Positions 31,899-40,756 of a stretch of 64,000 nucleotides of DNA are shown here, piece by piece. Within the stretch, counting starts at the first letter, position 1, and each line of letters begins with the position of its first letter. The position numbers and the translations under genes are program-made. The notes beneath the pieces are model-generated. The model ran no database searches and had not been told where the DNA came from. It was given only the letters and a program-made list of their open reading frames with translations. Source of the stretch: Caulobacterales bacterium (GTDB lineage Bacteria > Pseudomonadota > Alphaproteobacteria > Caulobacterales > Caulobacteraceae); contig JBBRQW010000003.1 in assembly GCA_038225765.1 (NCBI GenBank), positions 11-64,010 on the forward strand, written 5' to 3'.

Positions 31899-33242
31899 AT
31901 GCGACACGTCACGCTCCAGAGCCTGACCTGGCGCGATCCCGTCGAGGCGTTCGCGCCGTTCGCCGAGGAGCCGTTCGCCCTTTTGCTGCTCTCCGCCGGC
32001 GGCGCGGGCGCGCGCTGGTCCTATCTAGCGCGGGCGCCCAACATTACCGATCGCGTGACCACCGCCGACGCCGACCGCGACTTCCATCGCCTGCGCCAAG
32101 TCCTGGGGCGCACGGTCCCGCGCCATCCCGACGGCCCGCCGTTCCAGGGCGGGGTGGTCGGCCTGATAGCCTATGAATTCGCCGACCGGCTCGAACGCCT
32201 GGGCCTCACCCGCGATCCCGACTGGCCCGACCTGTTTCTGGCCCGCTTTCACGCCATTCTGGCTTTCGATCACGCCGCCCGCACCGTTCAAGCGATCGGG
32301 CGCGGCGAGACCTCCGGCGCCTCCGCGAAGGCCGCTGCCCGCGCCGCGGCCTGGCTCGACGCGCCGAGTGTGCCGCCGGCGCTATTCGGCCCCTCCATCA
32401 CCTTCCAATCGGACGCGCCGGCGGAGGCCTACGAAGCGGCCGTGCGCAACGTCACGGCGCGGATCGCGGCCGGCGAAATCTTTCAGGCCAACATCGCCCG
32501 CGCCTGGAGCGGCCGCCTCGCCGCCGGCGCAGCGCCGTTCGCGGTCATGCGGCGATTGGCGGCGGCGAGCCCCGCCCCGTTCTGCGCCTATTGGCGCCTG
32601 CCCGGCCTCGCCATCGTCTCCCATTCCCCGGAGCGCTTTGTCGCCATCGGCGCCGACGGCCGGTCGGTTGAGACGCGGCCGATCAAGGGCACGCGGTCGC
32701 GCGGCGCCGACGCGCGCGAGGACGAGCGCTTAAAGAACGAACTCCTCGCCAGCGCCAAGGATCGGGCCGAGAACCTGATGATCGTCGATCTGATGCGCAA
32801 CGACCTGGCCCGTGTCTGCGAGCCGGGAAGCGTCGCGACGACCGACCTCTTCGCGGTGGAATCCTACGCCGCCGTCCATCATCTTGTCTCCACGGTCACT
32901 GGCGTCCTGCATTCGGGGTGCGACGCCGCCGACCTTCTGGCGGCGACCTTTCCACCCGGCTCGATCACCGGCGCGCCCAAGATCCAGGCCATGAAGGTGA
33001 TCGCCGGCCATGAGGGCCCGCGCGGCCCCTGGTGCGGCTCGCTGTTCTGGGCCGGCTTCGACGGCGCTTTCGATTCCAGCGTCCTCATCCGTACCGCGGC
33101 GTTCGTGGAGGACACCCGAGGTTGGCGCTTTCGCGCCTGCGCCGGGGCCGGCATCGTGGCCGACAGCGACCCGGTCGCCGAGCGGCTGGAGACCGAGGCC
33201 AAGATCGCCGGCTTGGCCCGCGCCCTGGGCGGACGGCCGTGA
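31899..33242 (+). CDS. pabB: aminodeoxychorismate synthase component I
   Basis: Chorismate-binding family motifs: IFQANIAR, RFV...RPIKGT, ENLMIVDLMRNDL, PPGSITGAPK. It is immediately followed by pabC. Confidence 0.85.
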   Translation: MRHVTLQSLTWRDPVEAFAPFAEEPFALLLLSAGGAGARWSYLARAPNITDRVTTADADRDFHRLRQVLGRTVPRHPDGPPFQGGVVGLIAYEFADRLERLGLTRDPDWPDLFLARFHAILAFDHAARTVQAIGRGETSGASAKAAARAAAWLDAPSVPPALFGPSITFQSDAPAEAYEAAVRNVTARIAAGEIFQANIARAWSGRLAAGAAPFAVMRRLAAASPAPFCAYWRLPGLAIVSHSPERFVAIGADGRSVETRPIKGTRSRGADAREDERLKNELLASAKDRAENLMIVDLMRNDLARVCEPGSVATTDLFAVESYAAVHHLVSTVTGVLHSGCDAADLLAATFPPGSITGAPKIQAMKVIAGHEGPRGPWCGSLFWAGFDGAFDSSVLIRTAAFVEDTRGWRFRACAGAGIVADSDPVAERLETEAKIAGLARALGGRP

Positions 33243-34045
33243 CCATCGACGCCGCCGATCGGGGCCTGCTGCTGAGCGACGGCCTGTTCGAGACCCTGCT
33301 GTGGTCGGGCGGCGAACTCGCCGCCTTCGAGGCGCACGCCGCGCGCCTGACGAGGGGGTGCGCGGCGCTGGGCCTGCCGGCCCCGGATTTCGACCGGCTG
33401 AGGGGCGCCGCCGTGGACGCGGTCGCCCGCGCCGGCCTATCGGCCACACGCGCCGCCGTGCGTCTCACCTGGACGGCCGGGATCGGCGGCCGAGGGCTCG
33501 ACCGCCCGGCGGACCTGACACCACGCCTCATCGCGTCGGCCGCGCCGTCACCCAGGCCGACCGGCGCCGCGCGCCTGCGCACCGTGGGCATCCGCCGCAA
33601 CGAAGGCTCGCCGGCGTCGCGCCTCAAGACCCTGGCCTACCTCGACAACGTCCTGGCCCGCCGCTCGGCGCGGGCCATGGGCGCCGATGAGGCTTTAATG
33701 CTCAACAACCGAGGTGAGATCGCCGGCGGCGCCGCCGCCAACGTCTTCTGGTTCGAAGGCGACGTTCTGGTCACGCCGGCCCTGGACTGCGGCGTCCTGG
33801 ACGGGATCGTGCGCAACGCGGTGATCGAGCGGGCGCGCGGCGTGGGGATTGAGGTTCGCCAGGTTCGGGCCGCCCGCGACCGCCTCGAGCGAGCGAGCGG
33901 CCTGTTTCTCACCAACAGCCTGATCGGCCCGCGGCCGGTGGAGACCCTCGACGGAGTCGCGGTGAGACCGCACCCCGGACTGGATACCCTGCTCGCCCTT
34001 TCATTTCCGGAGGTCGGCATTGGACCGCCGCCGGCCCTGCGTTAG
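33239..34045 (+). CDS. pabC: aminodeoxychorismate lyase (class IV aminotransferase fold)
   Basis: GTG 33239 (GTGA overlap with pabB). Motifs DRGLLLSDGLFETL, RLKTLAYLDNVLA and ANVFW...TPALDCGVLDGIVR. Confidence 0.8.
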   Translation: MTIDAADRGLLLSDGLFETLLWSGGELAAFEAHAARLTRGCAALGLPAPDFDRLRGAAVDAVARAGLSATRAAVRLTWTAGIGGRGLDRPADLTPRLIASAAPSPRPTGAARLRTVGIRRNEGSPASRLKTLAYLDNVLARRSARAMGADEALMLNNRGEIAGGAAANVFWFEGDVLVTPALDCGVLDGIVRNAVIERARGVGIEVRQVRAARDRLERASGLFLTNSLIGPRPVETLDGVAVRPHPGLDTLLALSFPEVGIGPPPALR

Positions 34046-34105
34046 GCTCGCGCCAATCGCCCGCAAAGCATCGGAAGCCATGGGACCGGCCAAAGGCGAC
34101 GCGCC

Positions 34106-35083
34106 TTGAACGACCTCGAGGAGCCCCTCGCGCAACTGGCCCGCGCGCGCCTGGGCGGCCTGGGCGTCGCCGATCTCACCCGCCTTTCGGCCGGGGCCAC
34201 CCAGGAGATCTGGCGGTTTTCCCTGATCGAGGCCGCCGGCGCGACCCCGCTCGTGCTGCGGCGCGCCCCGGGCGGCGACCGGGTGTCGGAGACCGCGGTG
34301 GGCCTGGAGACCGAGGCGCGGCTGATCGAAGCGGCCGGGTCGGCGGGGGTTCCGGTCCCGCCGGTGCGTTGGGTGCTGGGACCCGAGGACGGCCTGGGTC
34401 ACGGTTTCATCATGGGCTTCGTCGAGGGCGAGACCCTGGGTGGGCGGATCGCCCGTGGCGAGGCTCTGGCCCCCATCCGGCCATTCCTGGCGCGCCAATG
34501 CGGTGATATCCTGGCCCGCATCCACACCATCGACCCGGCCGCCTTTCCCGGTCTGCGCCGATCCACGCCCGCCGAGCAGATCGCCCAATACAAGGAAGCC
34601 TATCGCGGCACGGGATGGCCCCGCCCGGTGTTCGATCTTGCCTTGTGCTGGTTGGAGGCCCACTGCCCACCGTCGCCGGAACATCCGCGTCTGGTCCATG
34701 GCGATTTTCGCAACGGCAATCTGATGGTGGGCCTGGACGGCGTGCGCGCCGTGTTGGACTGGGAGTTGGCGCATGTGGGCGACCCCATGGAGGACCTGGG
34801 TTGGATCTGCGTCAATGCCTGGCGGTTCGGGGTGCTCGACAAGCCGGTCGGCGGATTCGGCGAGCGGGAGGATCTGTGGGCGGGCTATGAGGCGGCCGGC
34901 CGCTCAGCCGTCGATCGCGACCGCGTCCGGTTCTGGGAGGTGTTCGGCTCCTTGCGCTGGGGGGTGATGTGCGCCGGCATGGCCGCCGCCTTCCGCACCG
35001 TCGATCCTTCCGTGGAGCGCGCCGTCATTGCCCGCCGCGCCTCCGAGAACGAAATCGACCTCTTGCGCCTGCTGGCGGCCTGA
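34106..35083 (+). CDS. phosphotransferase (APH/choline-kinase fold) family protein, LvaA / ACAD10-kinase-like
   Basis: LSAGATQEIWRF, Brenner motif LVHGDFRNGNLMV, and LDWELAHVGDPMEDL. Confidence 0.85.
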   Translation: MNDLEEPLAQLARARLGGLGVADLTRLSAGATQEIWRFSLIEAAGATPLVLRRAPGGDRVSETAVGLETEARLIEAAGSAGVPVPPVRWVLGPEDGLGHGFIMGFVEGETLGGRIARGEALAPIRPFLARQCGDILARIHTIDPAAFPGLRRSTPAEQIAQYKEAYRGTGWPRPVFDLALCWLEAHCPPSPEHPRLVHGDFRNGNLMVGLDGVRAVLDWELAHVGDPMEDLGWICVNAWRFGVLDKPVGGFGEREDLWAGYEAAGRSAVDRDRVRFWEVFGSLRWGVMCAGMAAAFRTVDPSVERAVIARRASENEIDLLRLLAA

Positions 35084-35084
35084 C

Positions 35085-35474
35085 GTGCAGGACCAGCCCG
35101 CCCCCGGCGAAATCCTGGCCGCCGTGGCGCGGTTTCTCAAGGAGGAGGTGGCGCCCGCCACCGTCGGCCACGTCTCCTTCCAGGCCCGCGTCGCCGCCAA
35201 CGCCCTGGAGATGATGCGCCGCCAGCTCGATCTCGCGCCGGCGGCGGAGGCCGCGGAGTTGGCCCGGCTCCGCGAGCTGTTGGGCATGGAAGGCGATCTC
35301 GCCGCGCTCAACGCCGAACTGACCCGGCGGATCGAAGCGGGCGATCTCGACCTCGCCAGCCCCGGGCTCGCCGACCACCTGTGGGCGGTCACCCTGGCCA
35401 AGCTCGCCATCGACCAGCCCACCTACGCCGCCTATCGCGCCAGCCTGGCCGAGCGGGGCGGGACCGAGAAGTAG
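35085..35474 (+). CDS. small helical protein (DUF6285-like), LvaB-position partner of the kinase
   Basis: GTG 35085 lies 1 nt after the kinase stop. 129 aa, with ILAAVARFLKEEV...FQARVAANALEMMRRQL. This is the typical small ORF found between APH-type kinase and ACAD genes. Confidence 0.6.
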   Translation: MQDQPAPGEILAAVARFLKEEVAPATVGHVSFQARVAANALEMMRRQLDLAPAAEAAELARLRELLGMEGDLAALNAELTRRIEAGDLDLASPGLADHLWAVTLAKLAIDQPTYAAYRASLAERGGTEK

Positions 35475-35485
35475 AAGGATATCCC

Positions 35486-36790
35486 ATGGACTTCACCCTA
35501 CCGCAGGACCTCATCGACTATCTGGCGCAACTCGACGCCTTCATCGAAGCCGAGATCAAGCCGCTGGAGCGGGCGGACGACAATGTCCGCTTCTTCGACC
35601 ACCGCCGCGAGCACGCCCGCACCGACTGGGACAACCACGGCCTGCCGCGCCCCGAATGGGAGGCCCTGCTGGCCGAGGCCCGCCGCCGGGCCGACGCCGC
35701 CGGCCACCTGCGCTTCGCCTGGCCCAGGGAGATGGGCGGCCAGGGCGGCTCCAACCTCGCCATGGCGGTGATCCGCGAGCATCTGGCCGCCAAGGGGCTG
35801 GGGCTGCACAACGACCTGCAGACCGAGCATTCGATCGTCGGCAACAATCCCTTCGTCCTGATGTTCAAGGAATTCGCCACCCCCGAACAGTTCGCCATGT
35901 ATGGCGAGCGCCTGCTCAAGGGCGAGATCCGCTCCGGCTTTGGCCTCACCGAACCCAACCACGGCTCCGACGCCACCTTCATGGAGACCCGCGCCGTGCG
36001 CGAAACGCGGGATGGCGTTCCCGGCTGGCGGATCGACGGCGAGAAGATGTGGACCACCGGCATGCATGTGGCGACCCACGTCATGGTCTTCGCCCGCACC
36101 GCCGGCGAGGACGGCGACGCGGCCGGGATCACCGTCTTCCTGGTTCCCGCCGATCATCCTGGGGTGAAGATCGAGGAGTGGCTGTGGACCTTCAACATGC
36201 CCACCGACCATCCGCGCATCAGCCTCACCAACGTCTGGGTCCCGGACGCCGCCATCTGGGGGGTGGAGGGGCGAGGCCTGGCGTTGGGCCAAAGCTTCGT
36301 CCACCAGAACCGCATTCGCCAGGCCGCCTCGTCGCTGGGCGCCGCCGTCTTCTGCATTGAGGAAAGCGTCAAATACGCCCGAACACGCAAGCCGTTCGGC
36401 AAGCCGCTGTCGGACAATCAGGCCATCCAGTGGCCCCTGGTCGAACTGGCCACCCAGGCCGAGATGCTGCGCCTGCTGATCCGCAAGACCGCCTGGGAGA
36501 TGGACCGCCTGCCGCACAAGGAGGTGGAGCGCCAGATCTCCGACAAGGTCTCCATGTGCAACTACCAGGCCAACCGCCTGGTCTGCGACGCCGCCGACCG
36601 CGCCATGCAGGTCCACGGCGGCATCGGCTATTCGCGGCACAAACCCTTCGAACACATCTACCGCCATCACCGGCGCTATCGGATCACCGAGGGGTCCGAG
36701 GAGATTCAGATGCGCAAGGTGGCGGCGTTTCTGTTTGGCTATATGGGGCCGAGGAAGAAGGAGATGGCCAAGGTCGATACCAGTCAATGA
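35486..36790 (+). CDS. acyl-CoA dehydrogenase family protein (ACAD10/11 / FadE2 / LvaC-like)
   Basis: ATG 35486. Motifs GLTEPNHGSDA, WTTGMH, WTFNMPTDHP and RITEGSEEIQ; 434 aa. Confidence 0.88.
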   Translation: MDFTLPQDLIDYLAQLDAFIEAEIKPLERADDNVRFFDHRREHARTDWDNHGLPRPEWEALLAEARRRADAAGHLRFAWPREMGGQGGSNLAMAVIREHLAAKGLGLHNDLQTEHSIVGNNPFVLMFKEFATPEQFAMYGERLLKGEIRSGFGLTEPNHGSDATFMETRAVRETRDGVPGWRIDGEKMWTTGMHVATHVMVFARTAGEDGDAAGITVFLVPADHPGVKIEEWLWTFNMPTDHPRISLTNVWVPDAAIWGVEGRGLALGQSFVHQNRIRQAASSLGAAVFCIEESVKYARTRKPFGKPLSDNQAIQWPLVELATQAEMLRLLIRKTAWEMDRLPHKEVERQISDKVSMCNYQANRLVCDAADRAMQVHGGIGYSRHKPFEHIYRHHRRYRITEGSEEIQMRKVAAFLFGYMGPRKKEMAKVDTSQ

Positions 36791-37240
36791 GCGGTAGGCT
36801 AGGCCATAGAGTTGGGAGGGCCGCCGTATGCGCCGTCGTCACGGTGTTTTCCGCATGTTCGCCGCGCGGGAGCGGTTCTCAAAGCGCCGACGATCGCATC
36901 CTGCAAGTGGTGAATCAGGTTGGGCAGCGAAATGGCCATCGGCTGGTGGGTGCCGAACAGCCATGGCGGTGGTGCCTACACCGACCAGCGCCCCGCCAAA
37001 CGAGAAGTTCAGTTCCTCGTCAAGCAAAAGGTCGGGAATGAAGAGATCGTCTGTGGCTACACAGGCTTCCCGCCGCCGAAGGGCTACTCCGGCCCAATGC
37101 CGCCGCCGGATTTATTCATTATTCGCAATGGTCGGTTGTTCACGGCCGAGGACATGACCGCAGATCAGCTTGACCGCTGGCAGGATCAGTTATGCGGACC
37201 TGATTGGATCAAGCCTCTGTCTTGGCCGGGCGAGTCTTGA
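36787..37240 (+). pseudogene. probable frameshifted lipoprotein gene (signal peptide in one frame, body in the +1 frame)
   Basis: ATG 36787 (ATGA overlap with the ACAD stop) encodes MSGRLGHRVGRAAVCAVVTVFSACS (lipobox FSAC) and then degenerates into Arg/Pro-rich sequence. Track ORF 36920..37240 (+1 frame) encodes protein-like sequence (AIGWWVPNSHGGGAYTDQ...DWIKPLSW). Low-GC patch. Confidence 0.4.
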
Positions 37241-37291
37241 TCGGCGCGGCACCGCACTACTTTTTAAAAAATTCAGTTCCGGCAATTCCCC

Positions 37292-37690
37292 TTACCCCGG
37301 CCCAGTCTCCAGCGCCCGCTGAACCCCCAGCGGGTCGCCGGCGATCGCTCGCAGATAGGCGCGCGTCGGCTGGTCGGGCTCGGCGCGGCCCTGCTCCCAG
37401 TCCCGCAGCGTTCCCAGCGGAATGTGGTAGCGCGCCGCGAAGGCTTCCTGGGTCAGGTTGAGCGCCCGGCGGATGATCTTGGCGCGGGGCGCCGGTTTCA
37501 TGCGCCGCAACTCGTCGCCGGTCAGAGGCGGGTTGTCGGGATCGCTGAGCGCCGCAGCCTCGATCTCCTCCTCGGTCATGGCGCCCAGACGCGCCCAGTC
37601 CGTGCGATCCACGAGCGGTCTTGTCGCGCCATCGGGGAGCACTTCGACGAGGGACCCGTCACGCCCCCGTCTGGTTCTGATAGTAGTCAT
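37292..37690 (-). CDS. BrnA-like antitoxin with C-terminal XRE-type HTH
   Basis: Internal ATG 37690 of track ORF 37292..37942. The BrnA_antitoxin-like segment DWARLGAMTEEEIEAAALSDPDNPPLT is followed by the HTH IIRRALNLTQEAFAARYHIPLGTLRDWEQGRAEP. Confidence 0.75.
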   Translation of the reverse strand: MTTIRTRRGRDGSLVEVLPDGATRPLVDRTDWARLGAMTEEEIEAAALSDPDNPPLTGDELRRMKPAPRAKIIRRALNLTQEAFAARYHIPLGTLRDWEQGRAEPDQPTRAYLRAIAGDPLGVQRALETGPG

Positions 37691-37979
37691 GCTGTTCTCG
37701 TCCGTTCGATCTTCTGGCGGATATGATCCGGATGTAGTCTCCACGCTCGGTATAAACGACGGTGAGAAGCTGGCCGTTCGCCATTCCGGTGATGACAAAT
37801 CGCGCCTCGCCGTAGTCACGTCTCGTGTCATTCCGTTCGATCGCGAATGCGTCCTGAAAGACGACGCGGGCCGCTTCAAAAGCGACTTGGTGCTTGTGAA
37901 GATTGCCTTCGGCCTTCGCCACGTCCCATTCAAACCCACCATCGGTCATATACTGGAGGCCCGTAGTTATGTCAATCAT
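37659..37979 (-). CDS. brnT: BrnT-family (DUF497) toxin
   Basis: FEWDVAKAEGNLHKHQVAFEAARVVFQD...RFVITGMANGQLLTVVYTERGDYIRIISARRS is the BrnT signature. ATG 37949 is an alternative start. The 3' end overlaps the antitoxin start by 32 nt. Confidence 0.8.
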   Translation of the reverse strand: MIDITTGLQYMTDGGFEWDVAKAEGNLHKHQVAFEAARVVFQDAFAIERNDTRRDYGEARFVITGMANGQLLTVVYTERGDYIRIISARRSNGREQHDYYQNQTGA

Positions 37980-38005
37980 CTAGGTGGCTCGATAGCGCGG
38001 CCGCC

Positions 38006-39847
38006 TCAAATCTGGTCCTTCAGCGTCAGCGTCTCCGGCCGCGCCGCGCCCGCCGACTGAACGGTCAGGACCACCTTCGTCCCCGCCGCCTGGTCGCGGA
38101 ACTTCTGGCGCAGGTCGGAGATGGCGATGGAGGGGGCGGGCGCGCCGTCCACCTGGGTGATCTCGTCGCCGACCTTCAGGCCGGCGGCCGCGGCCGGTCC
38201 GCCGGCGGTGAGATCGACGATCTTGAAGCCCGCCGGCGAGGTGTTGATCCACAGGCCGGCGCGGTCGAAGGTCCCGGCGTCGGGATCGGGCGTCGGCAGG
38301 GGCTTGAGATACATGACCTGGTGGCCGTAGTCGAAGGTGACCACAAACCTCTTGAGGAAGCCCGATCCGACGTTGCCCTGGTAGTTGGGGTCGGCGAAGG
38401 CGCCCTTGGGGTCGGTGGAAAAGCCGGCGACGACATCGGAAACCCGCACCGGTCCCAGAGTCAGCGCCGATCCGCGGGTGATATAGGAGCGCGAGCGCCC
38501 GCCCACCCCCCAGCCGTCCACCGCCGCCACGCCCCTGGGATGTTTGGCGGTCAGGCCGGCCGCCGCCACGAAGGGCCGGGTCAGGGTCAGTTCGACCCGC
38601 GAGCCCGTGTCGATGTCGAACCGGCCCGGCAGACCCTCGAAGGCGCCGTGGACCTGCGGCAGGTGGCTGTAGAAGACGAACGGAACAGCGGTTCCGGCGT
38701 CTTTCGGGTCGAACCTCGCCGGATCGATGAAGGTGAGGGTCCGCTTGCCGTAGTCGATCTGGGTGACGAAGCGGCGAAACACCTCGAAGCCGACCATGCC
38801 CTGTTCGGGAAAGCCCTCCACCTGCGCCGCCTCGAAGGGCACCACCGCCACCGTCTGGCCATCGACGGTCAAATCGCCGATCTGGAAGGTCACATCGCGC
38901 GCGAAGCCGATGTCCACCACATCGTTGCCCGCGCCGTTGCCGGGCGCCTGGCCCTCGGTATTCACCGCCAGCGCCTTGGCCGTGCCGGGGGTCAGAAGAT
39001 CGTGGCCGCCGGTGTCGAAGATGCACAGGAACGGGCCTTTGCCGTTGATCTTCACCTGCGCGTAGATGTGGTTGTTGAGGAGCTGGAACGGCACGGTCGC
39101 GCGGCCCGAAGGGTTGACGATGCGGGCGTCGGCCACGGTCCATGGGGGCGCGGCGTAGTCAGCCGCCGGACGGGCCGGAAGAAAACGCGCGCCGGCGAGG
39201 GTCTGAGTCTGGCGATACTGCTCGCCCGAGCCATCGTCGATCACCACCTTGCCGGCCAGAAGCGCGCCGTCCACCGGCCGGTAGTCGCTGAAAAAGGTGG
39301 TGACGGTCTGCGATCCCTGCCCCTCGACGGTGCGGGCGAGTAGGTGGTCGGCGGCGTCGAACCACGCCTCGAAGGCCTTGCCGCCGACCGGCGTGACGGA
39401 AAGGACGTCGTAGCGCCGACCAGCCTCGGTCTTTGAGCCCAAGGAAGTCACCGCCGCCCCACCGCGGTCCGGCCGCCACCACGCATCGGCGTCGCGATAG
39501 GCTTCGTTGACGGCGAGCTGGCGCGTATCGCCGCCGGCCTGCGCCGTCACCGCGCCGGACATGTCGCGCATCCACGCCTGCCGCCCGTCGAACCCGTTGG
39601 CGCCGGTGGTGGGGCCGATGTCGGCGGTATCCACGAAGGCGCCGCTGGCGATGTCATAGATCGTCCGCGCCGTCCCGGTCATGCCCTGGCCCGAGTAGGC
39701 GTATCTGATCTCCAGCGTCCCCTTGCCGGCGAAGGCCGCGCCGCCGCTCGCCGCCCGGTTGGCCGCCAGCACCCCGCCGGCGTCCTGGGCGCCGGCCGCG
39801 CCGGCGGTGAGCAGGGCGGCGGAAGCCAGAAGAAGAAGCGTGCGCAT
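38006..39847 (-). CDS. secreted protein with two retropepsin-like aspartic protease domains and a C-terminal PDZ domain
   Basis: Signal peptide MRTLLLLASAALLTAGAAGAQ. Two D-T-G motifs (FLCIFDTGGHDLL and RFDIDTGSRVEL). PDZ-like GFKIVDLTAGGPAAAAGLKVGDEITQVDG. Confidence 0.75.
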   Translation of the reverse strand: MRTLLLLASAALLTAGAAGAQDAGGVLAANRAASGGAAFAGKGTLEIRYAYSGQGMTGTARTIYDIASGAFVDTADIGPTTGANGFDGRQAWMRDMSGAVTAQAGGDTRQLAVNEAYRDADAWWRPDRGGAAVTSLGSKTEAGRRYDVLSVTPVGGKAFEAWFDAADHLLARTVEGQGSQTVTTFFSDYRPVDGALLAGKVVIDDGSGEQYRQTQTLAGARFLPARPAADYAAPPWTVADARIVNPSGRATVPFQLLNNHIYAQVKINGKGPFLCIFDTGGHDLLTPGTAKALAVNTEGQAPGNGAGNDVVDIGFARDVTFQIGDLTVDGQTVAVVPFEAAQVEGFPEQGMVGFEVFRRFVTQIDYGKRTLTFIDPARFDPKDAGTAVPFVFYSHLPQVHGAFEGLPGRFDIDTGSRVELTLTRPFVAAAGLTAKHPRGVAAVDGWGVGGRSRSYITRGSALTLGPVRVSDVVAGFSTDPKGAFADPNYQGNVGSGFLKRFVVTFDYGHQVMYLKPLPTPDPDAGTFDRAGLWINTSPAGFKIVDLTAGGPAAAAGLKVGDEITQVDGAPAPSIAISDLRQKFRDQAAGTKVVLTVQSAGAARPETLTLKDQI

Positions 39848-39959
39848 GGGCGTTTCCAAGGGTCGGCGGGGCCGGCGGCGCCCACTCACCCGTCGCACCT
39901 ATCAGCCCCTCGCGGCGACGCCAGTTAGAGTTTGGTAATCTCGCCTGGGCCCAAACGGA

Positions 39960-40736
39960 TCATCGCCCGGTGAAATTCGGCGCCCGCTTGTCCACGAAGG
40001 CGGCCATGCCTTCCTTCTGGTCCTCGAAGGCGAACAGGGAATGGAACAGGCGCCGCTCCAGCCGCACGCCCTGGGAGAGGGGCGTTTCATAGGCGGCATT
40101 GACCATCTCCTTGGTCAGCATCACCGCGTTGGGCGACAGGGCGGCGAGCTTGCGGGCCGCCTCCATGGCGGTCGGCAGCAGTTCGGCCAGGGGGACCACG
40201 CGGCTGACCAGGCCCGAGCGCTCGGCCTCGGCGGCGTCCATGACGCGGGCGGTGAGAATCATGTCCATGGCCTTGGACTTGCCCACGAACCGGGTCAGCC
40301 GCTGGGTGCCGCCGGCCCCCGGCGAGACGCCCAGGGTGATCTCCGGCTGGCCGAATTTGGCGTTGTCGGCGGCGATGATGAAGTCGCACATCATCGCCAG
40401 TTCGCAGCCGCCGCCCAGGGCATAGCCGGCCACCGCCGCGATCACCGGCTTGCGGCAGCGCGCGGCGCGCTCCCAGTTGCGGGTGATGAAGTCCTCGCCA
40501 TAGACCTCGGCGTAGCCCTTGGACGCCATCTCCTTGATGTCCGCCCCGGCCGCGAAGGCGCGGTCCGAGCCGGTGATGACGATGCAGCGCACCGCCGGGT
40601 CGGCCTCGGCGGCGTCGAGGGCGGCGGTCAGCTCGTCCATCAACTGGTTGTTGAAGGCGTTGAGCGCCCCCGGGCGGTTCAGGCGGATCAGGGTGACCGC
40701 GTCGGCGGTCTCGACGATCAGGGTCTCATAGGCCAA
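39960..40736 (-). CDS. enoyl-CoA hydratase (crotonase family)
   Basis: TTG 40736 has AAGGAG 9 nt upstream and gives (M)[21 protein letters not shown]...[15 protein letters not shown]; 258 aa. Confidence 0.9.
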   Translation of the reverse strand: MAYETLIVETADAVTLIRLNRPGALNAFNNQLMDELTAALDAAEADPAVRCIVITGSDRAFAAGADIKEMASKGYAEVYGEDFITRNWERAARCRKPVIAAVAGYALGGGCELAMMCDFIIAADNAKFGQPEITLGVSPGAGGTQRLTRFVGKSKAMDMILTARVMDAAEAERSGLVSRVVPLAELLPTAMEAARKLAALSPNAVMLTKEMVNAAYETPLSQGVRLERRLFHSLFAFEDQKEGMAAFVDKRAPNFTGR

Positions 40737-40756
40737 GGGGATCGACTCCTTAGGTT

